Origin: Eledone cirrhosa
Lineage: Eukaryota
Direction of reading: 5' to 3'
NCBI GenBank assembly: GCA_964016885.1
Contig: OZ024744.1
Location: forward strand, 1,922,001-1,986,000
DNA: 64,000 bases
The translations under genes and the position numbers were made by a program. The notes under the pieces are model-generated. The model searched no databases. It saw nothing but the letters and a program-made list of their open reading frames with translations, and had not been told where the DNA came from. This document shows, piece by piece, positions 1 through 13,100 of this stretch; the first letter of the stretch is position 1; every line of letters begins with the position of its first letter.

Positions 1-2794
1 CTTGTCTTCCCCCAAAACTTCGTTCTTCACCAAGCTATCTTTCTCTACCTTGTCTTCCCCCAAAACTTCGTTCTTCACCAAGCTATCTTTCTCTACCTTG
101 TCTTCCCTCAAAACTTCGTTCTTCACCATGTCATCTTTCTCTACCTTGTCATCCCTCAAAACTTCGTTCTTCACCAATCTATCTTTCTCTACCTTGTCTT
201 CCCCCAAAACTTCGTTCTTCACCAAGCTATCTTTCTCTAGCTTGGCTTCACACAAAACTTCGTTCTTCACCAAGCTATCTTTCTCTACCTTGTCTTCCCA
301 CAAAACGTCATTCTTCACCAAGCTATCTTTCTCTACCTTGTCTTCCGTCAAAACTTCGTTCTTCACCAAGATATCTTTCTCTACCTTGTCTCCTCCCAAA
401 ACTTCGTTCTTCACCAAGCTATCTTTCTCTACCTTGTCTTCCCCCAAAACTTCGTTCTTCACCAAGCTATCTTTCTCTACCTTGTCTTCCCCCAAAACTT
501 CGTTCTTCACCAAGCTATCTTTCTCTACCTTGTCTTCTCCCAAAACTTCGTTATTCACCAAGCTATCTTTCTCTACCTTGTCTTCCCTCAAAACTTCGTT
601 CTTCACCAAGCTATATTTCTCTACCTTGTCTTCCCCCAAAACTTCGTTCTTCACCAAGCTATCTTTCTCTACCTTGTCTTCCCCCAAAACTTCGTTCTTC
701 ACCAAGCTATCTTTCTCTACCTTGTCTTCCCCCAAAACTTCGTTCTTCACCAAGCTATCTTTCTCTACCTTGTCTTCCCACAAAACGTCATTCTTCACCA
801 AGCTATCTTTCTCTACCTTGTCTTCCGTCAAAACTTCGTTCTTCACCAAGATATCTTTCTCTACCTTGTCTCCTCCCAAAACTTCGTTCTTCACCAAGCT
901 ATCTTTCTCTACCTTATCTTCCCTCAGAACTTCGTTCTTCACCAAGCTATCTCTCTCTACCTTGTCTTCCCCCAAAACTTCGTTCTTTACCAAGCTATCT
1001 TTCTCTACATTGTCTTCCCCAAAACTTCGTTCTTCACCAAGCTATCTTTCTCTACCTTGTCTTCCCTCAAAACGTCGTTCTTCACCAAGCTATCTTACTC
1101 TACCTTGTCTTCCCCCAAAACTTCGTTCTTCACCAAGCTATCTTTCTCTACCTTGTCTTCCCCCAAAACTTCGTTCTTCACCAAGCTATCTTTCTCTACC
1201 TCGTCTTCCCTCAAAACTTCGTTCTTCACCAAGCTATCTTTCTCTACCTTGTCTTCCCTCAAAATTTCGTTCTTCACCAAGCTATCTTTCTCGACCTTGT
1301 CTTCTCCCAAAACTTCGTTATTCAGCAAGCTATCTTTCTCTACCTTGTCTTCCCTCAAAACTTCGTTCTTCACCAAGCTATCTTTCTCTACCTTGTCTTC
1401 CCCCCAAAACTTCGTTCTTCACCAAGCTATCTTTCTCTACCTTGTCTTCTCCCAAAACTTCGTTATTCACCAAGCTATCTTTCTCTACCTTGTCTTCCCT
1501 CAAAACTTCGTTCTTCACCAAGCTATCTTTCTCTACCTTGTCTTCCCCCAAAACTTCGTTCTTCACCAAGCTATCTTTCTCTACCTTGTCTTCCCCCAAA
1601 ACTTCGTTCTTCACCAAGCTATCTTTCTCTACCTTGTCTTCCCTCAAAACTTCGTTCTTCACCATGTCATCTTTCTCTACCTTGTCATCCCTCAAAACTT
1701 CGTTCTTCACCAATCTATCTTTCTCTACCTTGTCTTCCCCCAAAACTTCGTTCTTCACCAAGCTATCTTTCTCTAGCTTGGCTTCACACAAAACTTCGTT
1801 CTTCACCACGCTATCTTTCTCTACCTTGTCTTCCCACAAAACGTCATTCTTCACCAAGCTATCTTTCTCTACCTTGTCTTCCGTCAAAACTTCGTTCTTC
1901 ACCAAGATATCTTTCTCTACCTTGTCTCCTCCCAAAACTTCGTTCTTCACCAAGCTATCTTTCTCTACCTTGTCTTCCCCCAAAACTTCGTTCTTCACCA
2001 AGCTATCTTTCTCTACCTTGTCTTCCCCCAAAACTTCGTTCTTCACCAAGCTATCTTTCTCTACCTTGTCTTCTCCCAAAACTTCGTTATTCACCAAGCT
2101 ATCTTTCTCTACCTTGTCTTCCCTCAAAACTTCGTTCTTCACCAAGCTATATTTCTCTACCTTGTCTTCCCCCAAAACTTCGTTCTTCACCAAGCTATCT
2201 TTCTCTACCTTGTCTTCCCCCAAAACTTCGTTCTTCACCAAGCTATCTTTCTCTACCTTGTCTTCCCCCAAAACTTCGTTCTTCACCAAGCTATCTTTCT
2301 CTACCTTGTCTTCCCACAAAACGTCATTCTTCACCAAGCTATCTTTCTCTACCTTGTCTTCCGTCAAAACTTCGTTCTTCACCAAGATATCTTTCTCTAC
2401 CTTGTCTCCTCCCAAAACTTCGTTCTTCACCAAGCTATCTTTCTCTACCTTATCTTCCCTCAGAACTTCGTTCTTCACCAAGCTATCTCTCTCTACCTTG
2501 TCTTCCCCCAAAACTTCGTTCTTTACCAAGCTATCTTTCTCTACATTGTCTTCCCCAAAACTTCGTTCTTCACCAAGCTATCTTTCTCTACCTTGTCTTC
2601 CCTCAAAACGTCGTTCTTCACCAAGCTATCTTACTCTACCTTGTCTTCCCCCAAAACTTCGTTCTTCACCAAGCTATCTTTCTCTACCTTGTCTTCCCCC
2701 AAAACTTCGTTCTTCACCAAGCTATCTTTCTCTACCTCGTCTTCCCTCAAAACTTCGTTCTTCACCAAGCTATCTTTCTCTACCTTGTCTTCCC
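1..2794. repeat. Higher-order duplication, period 1536 bp (32 monomers)
   Basis: Positions 1-~1258 match 1537-~2794 in variant order (CCATGTCATC, CTATATTTC, TTACTC). I noted one mismatch (273 A vs 1809 C). ORF starts 1057/2593 differ by 1536. Confidence 0.88.
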
Positions 2795-3629
2795 CCAAAA
2801 CTTCGTTCTTCACCAAGCTATCTTTCTCTAACTTGTCTTCCCCCAAAACTTCGTTCTTCACCAAGCTATCTTTCTCTACCTTGTCTTCCCCCAAAACTTC
2901 GTTCTTCACCAAGTCATCTTTCTCTACCTTGTCATCCCTCAAAACTTCGTTCTTCACCAATCTATCTTTCTCTACCTTGTCTCCTCCCAAAACTTCGTTC
3001 TTCACCAAGCTATCTTTCTCTACCTTGTCTTCCCACAAAACGTCATTCTTCACCAAGCTCTCTTTCTCTACCTTGTCTTCCGTCAAACCTTCGTTCTTCA
3101 CCAAGCTATCTTTCTCTACCTTGTCTTCCCTCAAAACGTCGTTCTTCACCAAGCTATCTTTCTCTACCTTGTCCTTCCACAAAACTTCGTTCTTCACCAA
3201 GCTATCTTTCTCTACCTTGTCTTCCCCCAAAACTTCGTTCTTCGCAAGCTATCTTTCTCTACCTTGTCTTCCGTCAAAACTTCGTTCTTCACCAAGATAT
3301 CTTTCTCTACCTTGTCTTCCCACAAAACGTCGTTCTTCACCAAGCTATCTTTCTCTACCTTGTCTTCCCTCAGAACTTCGTTCTTCACCAAGCTATCTTT
3401 CTCTACCTTGTCTTCCCCAAAACTTCGTTCTTCACCAAGCTATCTTTCTCTACATTGTCTTCCCCAAAACTTCGTTCTTCACCAAGCTATCTTTCTCTAC
3501 CTTGTCTTCCCTCAAAACGTCGTTCTTCACCAAGCTATCTTTCTCTACCTTGTCTTCCCCCAAAACTTCGTTCTTCACAAAGCTATCTTTCTCTACCTTG
3601 TCTTCCCCCAAAACTTCGTTCTTCACCAA

Positions 3630-6365
3630 GTCATCTTTCTCTACCTTGTCATCCCACAAAACGTCGTTCTTCACCAAGCTATCTTTCTCTATGTTGTCTT
3701 CCCTCAAAACGTCGTTCTTCACCAAGCTATCTTTCTCTACCTTGTCTTCCCTCAAAATTTCGTTCTTCACCAAGCTATCTTTCTCGACCTTGTCTTCTCC
3801 CAAAACTTCGTTATTCAGCAAGCTATCTTTCTCTACCTTGTCTTCCCTCAAAACTTCGTTCTTCACCAAGCTATCTTTCTCTACCTTGTCTTCCACCCAA
3901 AACTTCGTTCTTCACCAAGCTATCTTTCTCTACCTTGTCTTCTCCCAAAACTTCGTTATTCACCAAGCTATCTTTCTCTACCTTGTCTTCCCTCAAAACT
4001 TCGTTCTTCACCAAGCTATCTTTCTCTACCTTGTCTTCCCCCAAAACTTCGTTCTTCACCAAGCTATCTTTCTCTACCTTGTCTTCCCCCAAAACTTCGT
4101 TCTTCACCAAGCTATCTTTCTCTACCTTGTCTTCCCTCAAAACTTCGTTCTTCACCATGTCATCTTTCTCTACCTTGTCATCCCTCAAAACTTCGTTCTT
4201 CACCAATCTATCTTTCTCTACCTTGTCTTCCCCCAAAACTTCGTTCTTCACCAAGCTATCCTTCTCTAGCTTGGCTTCACACAAAACTTCGTTCTTCACC
4301 AAGCTATCTTTCTCTACCTTGTCTTCCCACAAAACGTCATTTTTCACCAAGCTATCTTTCTCTACCTTGTCTTCCGTCAAAACTTCGTTCTTCACCAAGA
4401 TATCTTTCTCTACCTTGTCTCCTCCCAAAACTTCGTTCTTCACCAAGCTATCTTTCTCTACCTTGTCTTCCCCCAAAACTTCGTTCTTCACCAAGCTATC
4501 TTTCTCTACCTTGTCTTCCCCCAAAACTTCGTTCTTCACCAAGCTATCTTTCTCTACCTCGTCTTCCCTCAAAACTTCGTTCTTCACCAAGCTATCTTTC
4601 TCTACCTTGTCTTCCCCCAAAACTTCGTTCTTCACCAAGCTATCTTTCTCTAACTTGTCTTCCCCCAAAACTTCGTTCTTCACCAAGCTATCTTTCTCTA
4701 CCTTGTCTTCCCCCAAAACTTCGTTCTTCACCAAGCTATCTTTCTCTACCTTGTATTCCCCCAAAACTTCGTTCTTCACCAAGTCATCTTTCTCTACCTT
4801 GTCATCCCTCAAAACTTCGTTCTTCACCAATCTATCTTTCTCTACCTTGTCTCCTCCCAAAACTTCGTCCTTCACCAAGCTATCTTTCTCTACCTTGTCT
4901 TCCCTCAGAACTTCGTTCTTCACCAAGCTATCTTTCTCTACCTTGTCTTCCCCCAAAACTTCGTTCTTCACCAAGCTATCTTTCTCTACCTTGTCTTCCC
5001 ACAAAACTTCGTTCTTCACCAAGCTATCTTTCTCTACCTTGTCTTCCCACAAAACGTCGTTCTTCACCAAGCTATCTTTCTCTACCTTGTCTTCCCTCAA
5101 AACTTCGTTCTTCACCAAGCTATCTTTCTCTACCTTGTCTTCCCCCAAAACTTCGTTCTTCACCAAGCTATCTTTCTCTACCTTGTCTTCTCCCAAAACT
5201 TCGTTATTCACCAAGCTATCTTTCTCTACCTTGTCTTCCCTCAAAACTTCGTTCTTCACCAAGCTATCTTTCTCTACCTTGTCTTCCCACAAAACGTCAT
5301 TCTTCACCAAGCTATCTTTCTCTACCTTGTCTTCCGTCAAACCTTCGTTCTTCACCAAGCTATCTTTCTCTACCTTGTCTTCCCCAAAAACTTCGTTCTT
5401 CACCAAGTCATCTTTCTCTACCTTGTCATCCCACAAAACGTCGTTCTTCACCAAGCTATCTTTCTCTATGTTGTCTTCCCTCAAAACGTCGTTCTTCACC
5501 AAGCTATCTTTCTCTACCTTGTCTTCCCTCAAAATTTCGTTCTTCACCAAGCTATCTTTCTCGACCTTGTCTTCTCCCAAAACTTCGTTATTCAGCAAGC
5601 TATCTTTCTCTACCTTGTCTTCCCTCAAAACTTCGTTCTTCACCAAGCTATCTTTCTCTACCTTGTCTTCCCCCCAAAACTTCGTTCTTCACCAAGCTAT
5701 CTTTCTCTACCTTGTCTTCTCCCAAAACTTCGTTATTCACCAAGCTATCTTTCTCTACCTTGTCTTCCCTCAAAACTTCGTTCTTCACCAAGCTATCTTT
5801 CTCTACCTTGTCTTCCCCCAAAACTTCGTTCTTCACCAAGCTATCTTTCTCTACCTTGTCTTCCCCCAAAACTTCGTTCTTCACCAAGCTATCTTTCTCT
5901 ACCTTGTCTTCCCTCAAAACTTCGTTCTTCACCATGTCATCTTTCTCTACCTTGTCATCCCTCAAAACTTCGTTCTTCACCAATCTATCTTTCTCTACCT
6001 TGTCTTCCCCCAAAACTTCGTTCTTCACCAAGCTATCCTTCTCTAGCTTGGCTTCACACAAAACTTCGTTCTTCACCAAGCTATCTTTCTCTACCTTGTC
6101 TTCCCACAAAACGTCATTCTTCACCAAGCTATCTTTCTCTACCTTGTCTTCCGTCAAAACTTCGTTCTTCACCAAGATATCTTTCTCTACCTTGTCTCCT
6201 CCCAAAACTTCGTTCTTCACCAAGCTATCTTTCTCTACCTTGTCTTCCCCCAAAACTTCGTTCTTCACCAAGCTATCTTTCTCTACCTTGTCTTCCCCCA
6301 AAACTTCGTTCTTCACCAAGCTATCTTTCTCTACCTCGTCTTCCCTCAAAACTTCGTTCTTCACC
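3630..6365. repeat. Higher-order duplication, offset 1777 bp (37 monomers + 1 bp)
   Basis: The private variants CTATGTTG (3691/5468), TTCAGCAAG (3818/5595), a +1 C-run (~3894/~5671) and ATCCTTCTCTAG (4261/6038) all sit 1777 bp apart. Confidence 0.88.
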
Positions 6366-9300
6366 AATCTATCTTTCTCTACCTTGTCTCCTCCCAAAAC
6401 TTCGTTCTTCACCAAGCTATCTTTCTCTACCTTGTCTTCCCTCAGAACTTCGTTCTTCACCAAGCTATCTTTCTCTACCTTGTCTTCCCCCAAAACTTCG
6501 TTCTTCACCAAGCTATCTTTCTCTACCTTGTCTTCCCACAAAACTTCGTTCTTCACCAAGCTATCTTTCTCTACCTTGTCTTCCCACAAAACGTCGTTCT
6601 TCACCAAGCTATCTTTCTCTACCTTGTCTTCCCTCAAAACTTCGTTCTTCACCAAGCTATCTTTCTCTACCTTGTCTTCCCCCAAAACTTCGTTCTTCAC
6701 CAAGCTATCTTTCTCTACCTTGTCTTCTCCCAAAACTTCGTTATTCACCAAGCTATCTTTCTCTACCTTGTCTTCCCTCAAAACTTCGTTCTTCACCAAG
6801 CTATCTTTCTCTACCTTGTCTTCCCACAAAACGTCATTCTTCACCAAGCTATCTTTCTCTACCTTGTCTTCCGTCAAACCTTCGTTCTTCACCAAGCTAT
6901 CTTTCTCTACCTTGTCTTCCCTCAAAACGTCGTTCTTCACCAAGCTATCTTTCTCTACCTTGTCCTCCCACAAAACTTCGTTCTTCACCAAGCTATCTTT
7001 CTCTACCTTGTCTTCCCCCAAAACTTCGTTCTTCGCAAGCTATCTTTCTCTACCTTGTCTTCCGTCAAAACTTCGTTCTTCACCAAGATATCTTTCTCTA
7101 CCTTGTCTTCCCACAAAACGTCGTTCTTCACCAAGCTATCTTTCTCTACCTTGTCTTCCCTCAGAACTTCGTTCTTCACCAAGCTATCTTTCTCTACCTT
7201 GTCTTCCCCCAAAACTTCGTTCTTCACCAAGCTATCTTTCTCTACATTGTCTTCCCCAAAACTTCGTTCTTCACCAAGATATCTTTCTCTACCTTGTCTC
7301 CTCCCAAAACTTCGTTCTTCACCAAGCTATCTTTCTCTACCTTATCTTCCCTCAGAACTTCGTTCTTCACCAAGCTATCTCTCTCTACCTTGTCTTCCCC
7401 CAAAATTTCGTTCTTTACCAAGCTATCTTTCTCTACATTGTCTTCCCCAAAACTTCGTTCTTCACCAAGCTATCTTACTCTACCTTGTCTTCCCTCAAAA
7501 CGTCGTTCTTCACCAAGCTATCTTTCTCTACCTTGTCTTCCCCCAAAACTTCGTTCTTCACCAAGCTATCTTTCTCTACCTTGTCTTCCCCCAAAACTTC
7601 GTTCTTCACCAAGCTATCTTTCTCTACCTCGTCTTCCCTCAAAATTTCGTTCTTCACCAAGCTATCTTTCTCTACCTTGTCTTCCCCCAAAACTTCGTTC
7701 TTCACCAAGCTATCTTTCTCTAACTTGTCTTCCCCCAAAACTTCGTTCTTCACCAAGCTATCTTTCTCTACCTTGTCTTCCCCCAAAACTTCGTTCTTCA
7801 CCAAGCTATCTTTCTCTACCTTGTATTCCCCCAAAACTTCGTTCTTCACCAAGTCATCTTTCTCTACCTTGTCATCCCTCAAAACTTCGTTCTTCACCAT
7901 GTCATCTTTCTCTACCTTGTCATCCCTCAAAACATCGTTCTTCACCAATCTATCTTTCTCTACCTTGTCTTCCCCCAAAACTTCGTTCTTCACCAAGCTA
8001 TCTTTCTCTACCTTGTCTTCCCCCAAAACTTCGTTCTTCACCAAGCTATCTTTCTCTACCTTGTCTTCCCACAAAACGTCATTCTTCACCAAGCTATCTT
8101 TCTCTACCTTGTCTTCCGTCAAAACTTCGTTCTTCACCAAGATATCTTTCTCTACCTTGTCTCCTCGCAAAACTTCGTTCTTCACCAAGCTATCTTTCTC
8201 TACCTTATCTTCCCTCAGAACTTCGTTCTTCACCAAGCTATCTCTCTCTACCTTGTCTTCCCCCAAAACTTCGTTCTTTACCAAGCAATCTTTCTCTACA
8301 TTGTCTTCCCCAAAACTTCGTTCTTCACCAAGCTATCTTTCTCTACCTTGTCTTCCCTCAAAACGTCGTTCTTCACCAAGCTATCTTTCTCTACCTTGTC
8401 TTCCCCCAAAACTTCGTTCTTCACCAAGCTATCTTTCTCTAACTTGTCTTCCCCCAAAACATCGTTCTTCACCAAGCTATCTTTCTCTACCTTGTCTTCC
8501 CCCAAAACTTCGTTCTTCACCAAGCTCTCTTTCTCTACCTTGTCTTCCGTCAAACCTTCGTTCTTCACCAAGCTATCTTTCTCTACCTTGTCTTCCCTCA
8601 AAACGTCGTTCTTCACCAAGCTATCTTTCTCTACCTTGTCCTCCCACAAAACTTCGTTCTTCACCAAGCTATCTTTCTCTACCTTGTCTTCCCCCAAAAC
8701 TTCGTTCTTCGCAAGCTATCTTTCTCTACCTTGTCTTCCGTCAAAACTTCGTTCTTCACCAAGATATCTTTCTCTACCTTGTCTTCCCACAAAACGTCGT
8801 TCTTCACCAAGCTATCTTTCTCTACCTTGTCTTCCCTCAGAACTTCGTTCTTCACCAAGCTATCTTTCTCTACCTTGTCTTCCCCCAAAACTTCGTTCTT
8901 CACCAAGCTATCTTTCTCTACATTGTCTTCCCCAAAACTTCGTTCTTCACCAAGCTATCTTTCTCTACCTTGTCTTCCCTCAAAACGTCGTTCTTCACCA
9001 AGCTATCTTTCTCTACCTTGTCTTCCCCCAAAACTTCGTTCTTCACAAAGCTATCTTTCTCTACCTTGTCTTCCCCCAAAACTTCGTTCTTCACCAAGTC
9101 ATCTTTCTCTACCTTGTCATCCCACAAAACGTCGTTCTTCACCAAGCTATCTTTCTCTATTTTGTCTTCCCTCAAAACGTCGTTCTTCACCAAGCTATCT
9201 TTCTCTACCTTGTCTTCCCCCAAAACTTCGTTCTTCACCAAGCTATCTTTCTCTACCTTGTCTTCTCCCAAAACTTCGTTATTCACCAAGCTATCTTTCT

Positions 9301-10186
9301 CTACCTTGTCTTCCCTCAAAACTTCGTTCTTCACCAAGCTATCTTTCTCTACCTTGTCTTCCCCCAAAACTTCGTTCTTCACCAAGTCATCTTTCTCTAC
9401 CTTGTCATACCACAAAACGTCGTTCTTCACCAAGCTATCTTTCTCTATTTTGTCTTCCCTCAAAACGTCGTTCTTCACCAAGCTATCTTTCTCTACCTTG
9501 TCTTCCCTCAAAATTTCGTTCTTCACCAAGCTATCTTCCTCGACCTTGTCTTCTCCCAAAACTTCGTTATTCAGCAAGCTATCTTTCTCTACCTTGTCTT
9601 CCCTCAAAACTTCGTTCTTCACCAAGCTATCTTTCTCTACCTTGTCTTCCCCCAAAACTTCGTTCTTCACCAAGCTATCTTTCTCTACCTTGTCTTCTCC
9701 CAAAACTTCGTTATTCACCAAGCTATCTTTCTCTACCTTGTCTTCCCTCAAAACTTCGTTCTTCACCAAGCTATCTTTCTCTACCTTGTCTTCCCCCAAA
9801 ACTTCGTTCTTCACCAAGCTATCTTTCTCTACCTTGTCTTCCCCCAAAACTTCGTTCTTCACCAAGCTATCTTTCTCTACCTTGTCTTCCCCCAAAACTT
9901 CGTTCTTCACCATGTCATCTTTCTCTACCTTGTCATCCCTCAAAACTTCGTTCTTCACCAATCTATCTTTCTCTACCTTGTCTTCCCCCAAAACTTCGTT
10001 CTTCACCAAGCTATCTTTCTCTAGCTTGGCTTCCCCCAAAACTTCGTTCTTCACCAAGATATCTTTCTCTACCTTGTCTCCTCCCAAAACTTCATTCTTC
10101 ACCAAGCTATCTTTCTCTACCTTATCTTCCCTCAGAACTTCGTTCTTCACCAAGCTATCTCTCTCTACCTTGTCTTCCCCCAAAAT

Positions 10187-13100
10187 TTCGTTCTTTACCA
10201 AGCTATCTTTCTCTACATTGTCTTCCCCAAAACTTCGTTCTTCACCAAGCTATCTTTCTCTACCTTGTCTTCCCTCAAAACGTCGTTCTTCACCAAGCTA
10301 TCTTTCTCTACCTTGTCTTCCCCCAAAACTTCGTTCTTCACCAAGCTATCTTTCTCTACCTTGTCTTCCCCCAAAACTTCGTTCTTCACCAAGCTATCTT
10401 TCTCTACCTCGTCTTCCCTCAAAACTTCGTTCTTCACCAAGCTATCTTTCTCTACCTTGTCTTCCCCCAAAATTTCGTTCTTCACCAAGCTATCTTTCTC
10501 TAACTTGTCTTCCCCCAAAACTTCGTTCTTCACCAAGCTATCTTTCTCTACCTTGTCTTCCCCCAAAACTTCGTTCTTCACCAAGCTATCTTTCTCTACC
10601 TTGTATTCCCCCAAAACTTCGTTCTTCACCAAGTCATCTTTCTCTACCTTGTCATCCCTCAAAACTTCGTTCTTCACCAATCTTTCTTTCTCTACCTTGT
10701 CTCCTCCCAAAACTTCGTTCTTCACCAAGCTATCTTTCTCTACCTTGTCTTCCCTCAGAACTTCGTTCTTCACCAAGCTATCTTTCTCTACCTTGTCTTC
10801 CCCCAAAACTTCGTTCTTCACCAAGCTATCTTTCTCTACCTTGTCTTCCCACAAAAGTTCGTTCTTCACCAAGCTATCTTTCTCTACCTTGTCTTCCCAC
10901 AACACGTCGTTCTTCACCAAGCTATCTTTCTCTACCTTGTCTTCCCTCAAAACTTCGTTCTTCACCAAGCTATCTTTCTCTACCTTGTCTTCCCCCAAAA
11001 CTTCGTTCTTCACCAAGCTATCTTTCTCTACCTTGTCTTCCCTCAAAACTTCGTTCTTCACCAAGCTATCTTTCTCGACCTTGTCTTCTCCCAAAACTTC
11101 GTTATTCACCAAGCTATCTTTCTCTACCTTGTCTTCCCTCAAAACTTCGTTCTTCACCAAGCTATCTTTCTCTACCTTGTCTTCCCACAAAACGTCATTC
11201 TTCACCAAGCTATCTTTCTCTACCTTGTCTTCCGTCAAACCTTCGTTCTTCACCAAGCTATCTTTCTCTACCTTGTCTTCCCTCAAAACGTCGTTCTTCA
11301 CCAAGCTATCTTTCTCTACCTTGTCCTCCCACAAAACTTCGTTCTTCACCAAGCTATCTTTCTCTACCTTGTCTTCCCCCAAAACTTCGTCCTTCGCAAG
11401 CTATCTTTCTCTACCTTGTCTTCCGTCAAAACTTCGTTCTTCACCAAGATATCTTTCTCTACCTTGTCTTCCCACAAAACGTCGTTCTTCACCAAGCTAT
11501 CTTTCTCTACCTTGTCTTCCCTCAGAACTTCGTTCTTCACCAAGCTATCTTTCTCTACCTTGTCTACCCCCAAAACTTCGTTCTTCACCAAGCTATCTTT
11601 CTCTACATTGTCTTCCCCAAAATTTCGTTCTTCACCAAGCTATCTTTCTCTACCTTGTCTTCCCTCAAAACGTCGTTCTTCACCAAGCTATCTTTCTCTA
11701 CCTTGTCTTCCCCCAAAACTTCGTTCTTCACCAAGCTATCTTTCTCTACCTTGTCTTCCCCCAAAACTTCGTTCTTCACCAAGTCATCTTTCTCTACCTT
11801 GTCATCCCACAAAACGTCGTTCTTCACCAAGCTATCTTTCTCTATTTTGTCTTCCCTCAAAACGTTGTTCTTCACCAAGCTATCTTTCTCGACCTTGTCT
11901 TCTCCCAAAACGTCGTTATTCTCCAAGCTATCTTTCTCTACCTTGTCTTCCCTCAAAACTTCGTTCTTCACCAAGCTATCTTTCTCTACCTTGTCTTCCC
12001 CCAAAACTTCGTTCTTCACCAAGCTATCTTTCTCTACCTTGTCTTCTCCCAAAACTTCGTTATTCACCAAGCTATCTTTCTCTACCTTCTCTTCCCTCAA
12101 AACTTCGTTCTTCACCAAGCTATCTTTCTCTACCTTGTCTTCCCCCAAAACTTCGTTCTTCACCAAGCTATCTTTCTCTACCTTGTCTTCCCCCAAAACT
12201 TCGTTCTTCACCAAGTCATCTTTCTCTACCTTGTCATCCCTCAAAACTTCGTTCTTCACCAATCTATCTTTCTCTACCTTGTCTTCCCCCAAAACTTCGT
12301 TCTTCACCAAGCTATCTTTCTCTAGCTTGGCTTCACACAAAACTTCGTTCTTCACCAAGCTATCTTTCTCTACCTTGTCTTCCCACAAAACGTCATTCTT
12401 CACCAAGCTATCTTTCTCTACCTTGTCTTCCGTCAAAACTTCGTTCTTCACCAAGATATCTTTCTCTACCTTGTCTCCTTCCAAAACTTCGTTCTTCACC
12501 AAGCTATCTTTCTCTACCTCATCTTCCCTCAGAACTTCGTTCTTCACCAAGCTATCTCTCTCTACCTTGTCTTCCCCCAAAACTTCGTTCTTTACCAAGC
12601 TATCTTTCTCTACATTGTCTTCCCCAAAACTTCGTTCTTCACCAAGCTATCTTTCTCTACCTTGTCTTCCCTCAAAACGTCGTTCTTCACCAAGCTATCT
12701 TTCTCTACCTTGTCTTCCCCCAAAACTTCGTACTTCACCAAGCTATCTTTCTCTACCTTGTCTTCCCCCAAAACTTCGTTCTTCACCAAGCTATCTTTCT
12801 CTACCTCGTCTTCCCTCAAAACTTCGTTCTTCACCAAGCTATCTTTCTCTACCTTGTCTTCCCTCAAAACTTCGTTCTTCACCAAGCTATCTTTCTCTAC
12901 CTTGTCTTCCCCCAAAACTTCGTTCTTCACCAAGCTATCTTTCTCTACCTTGTCTTCTCCCAAAACTTCGTTATTCACCAAGCTATCTTTCTCTACCTTC
13001 TCTTCCCTCAAAACTTCGTTCTTCACCAAGCTATCTTTCTCTACCTTGTCTTCCCCCAAAACTTCGTTCTTCACCAAGCTATCTTTCTCTACCTTGTCTT

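Noticed and set aside
18-34. CENP-B box-like CTTCGTT start (CTTCGTTCTTCACCAAG vs CTTCGTTGGAAACGGGA)
   Set aside because: Only TTCG and one C of the nine essential positions (nTTCGnnnnAnnCGGGn) match. The A and GGG are absent.
1005-1030. Programmed -1 frameshift at T-TTG-GGG restoring the minus-strand frame at 47-bp variants
   Set aside because: The heptamer is non-canonical (Y is G, not A/U) and is also present in non-shifted monomers. There is no evident stimulatory structure, and about 100 successive events plus in-frame stops would be needed.
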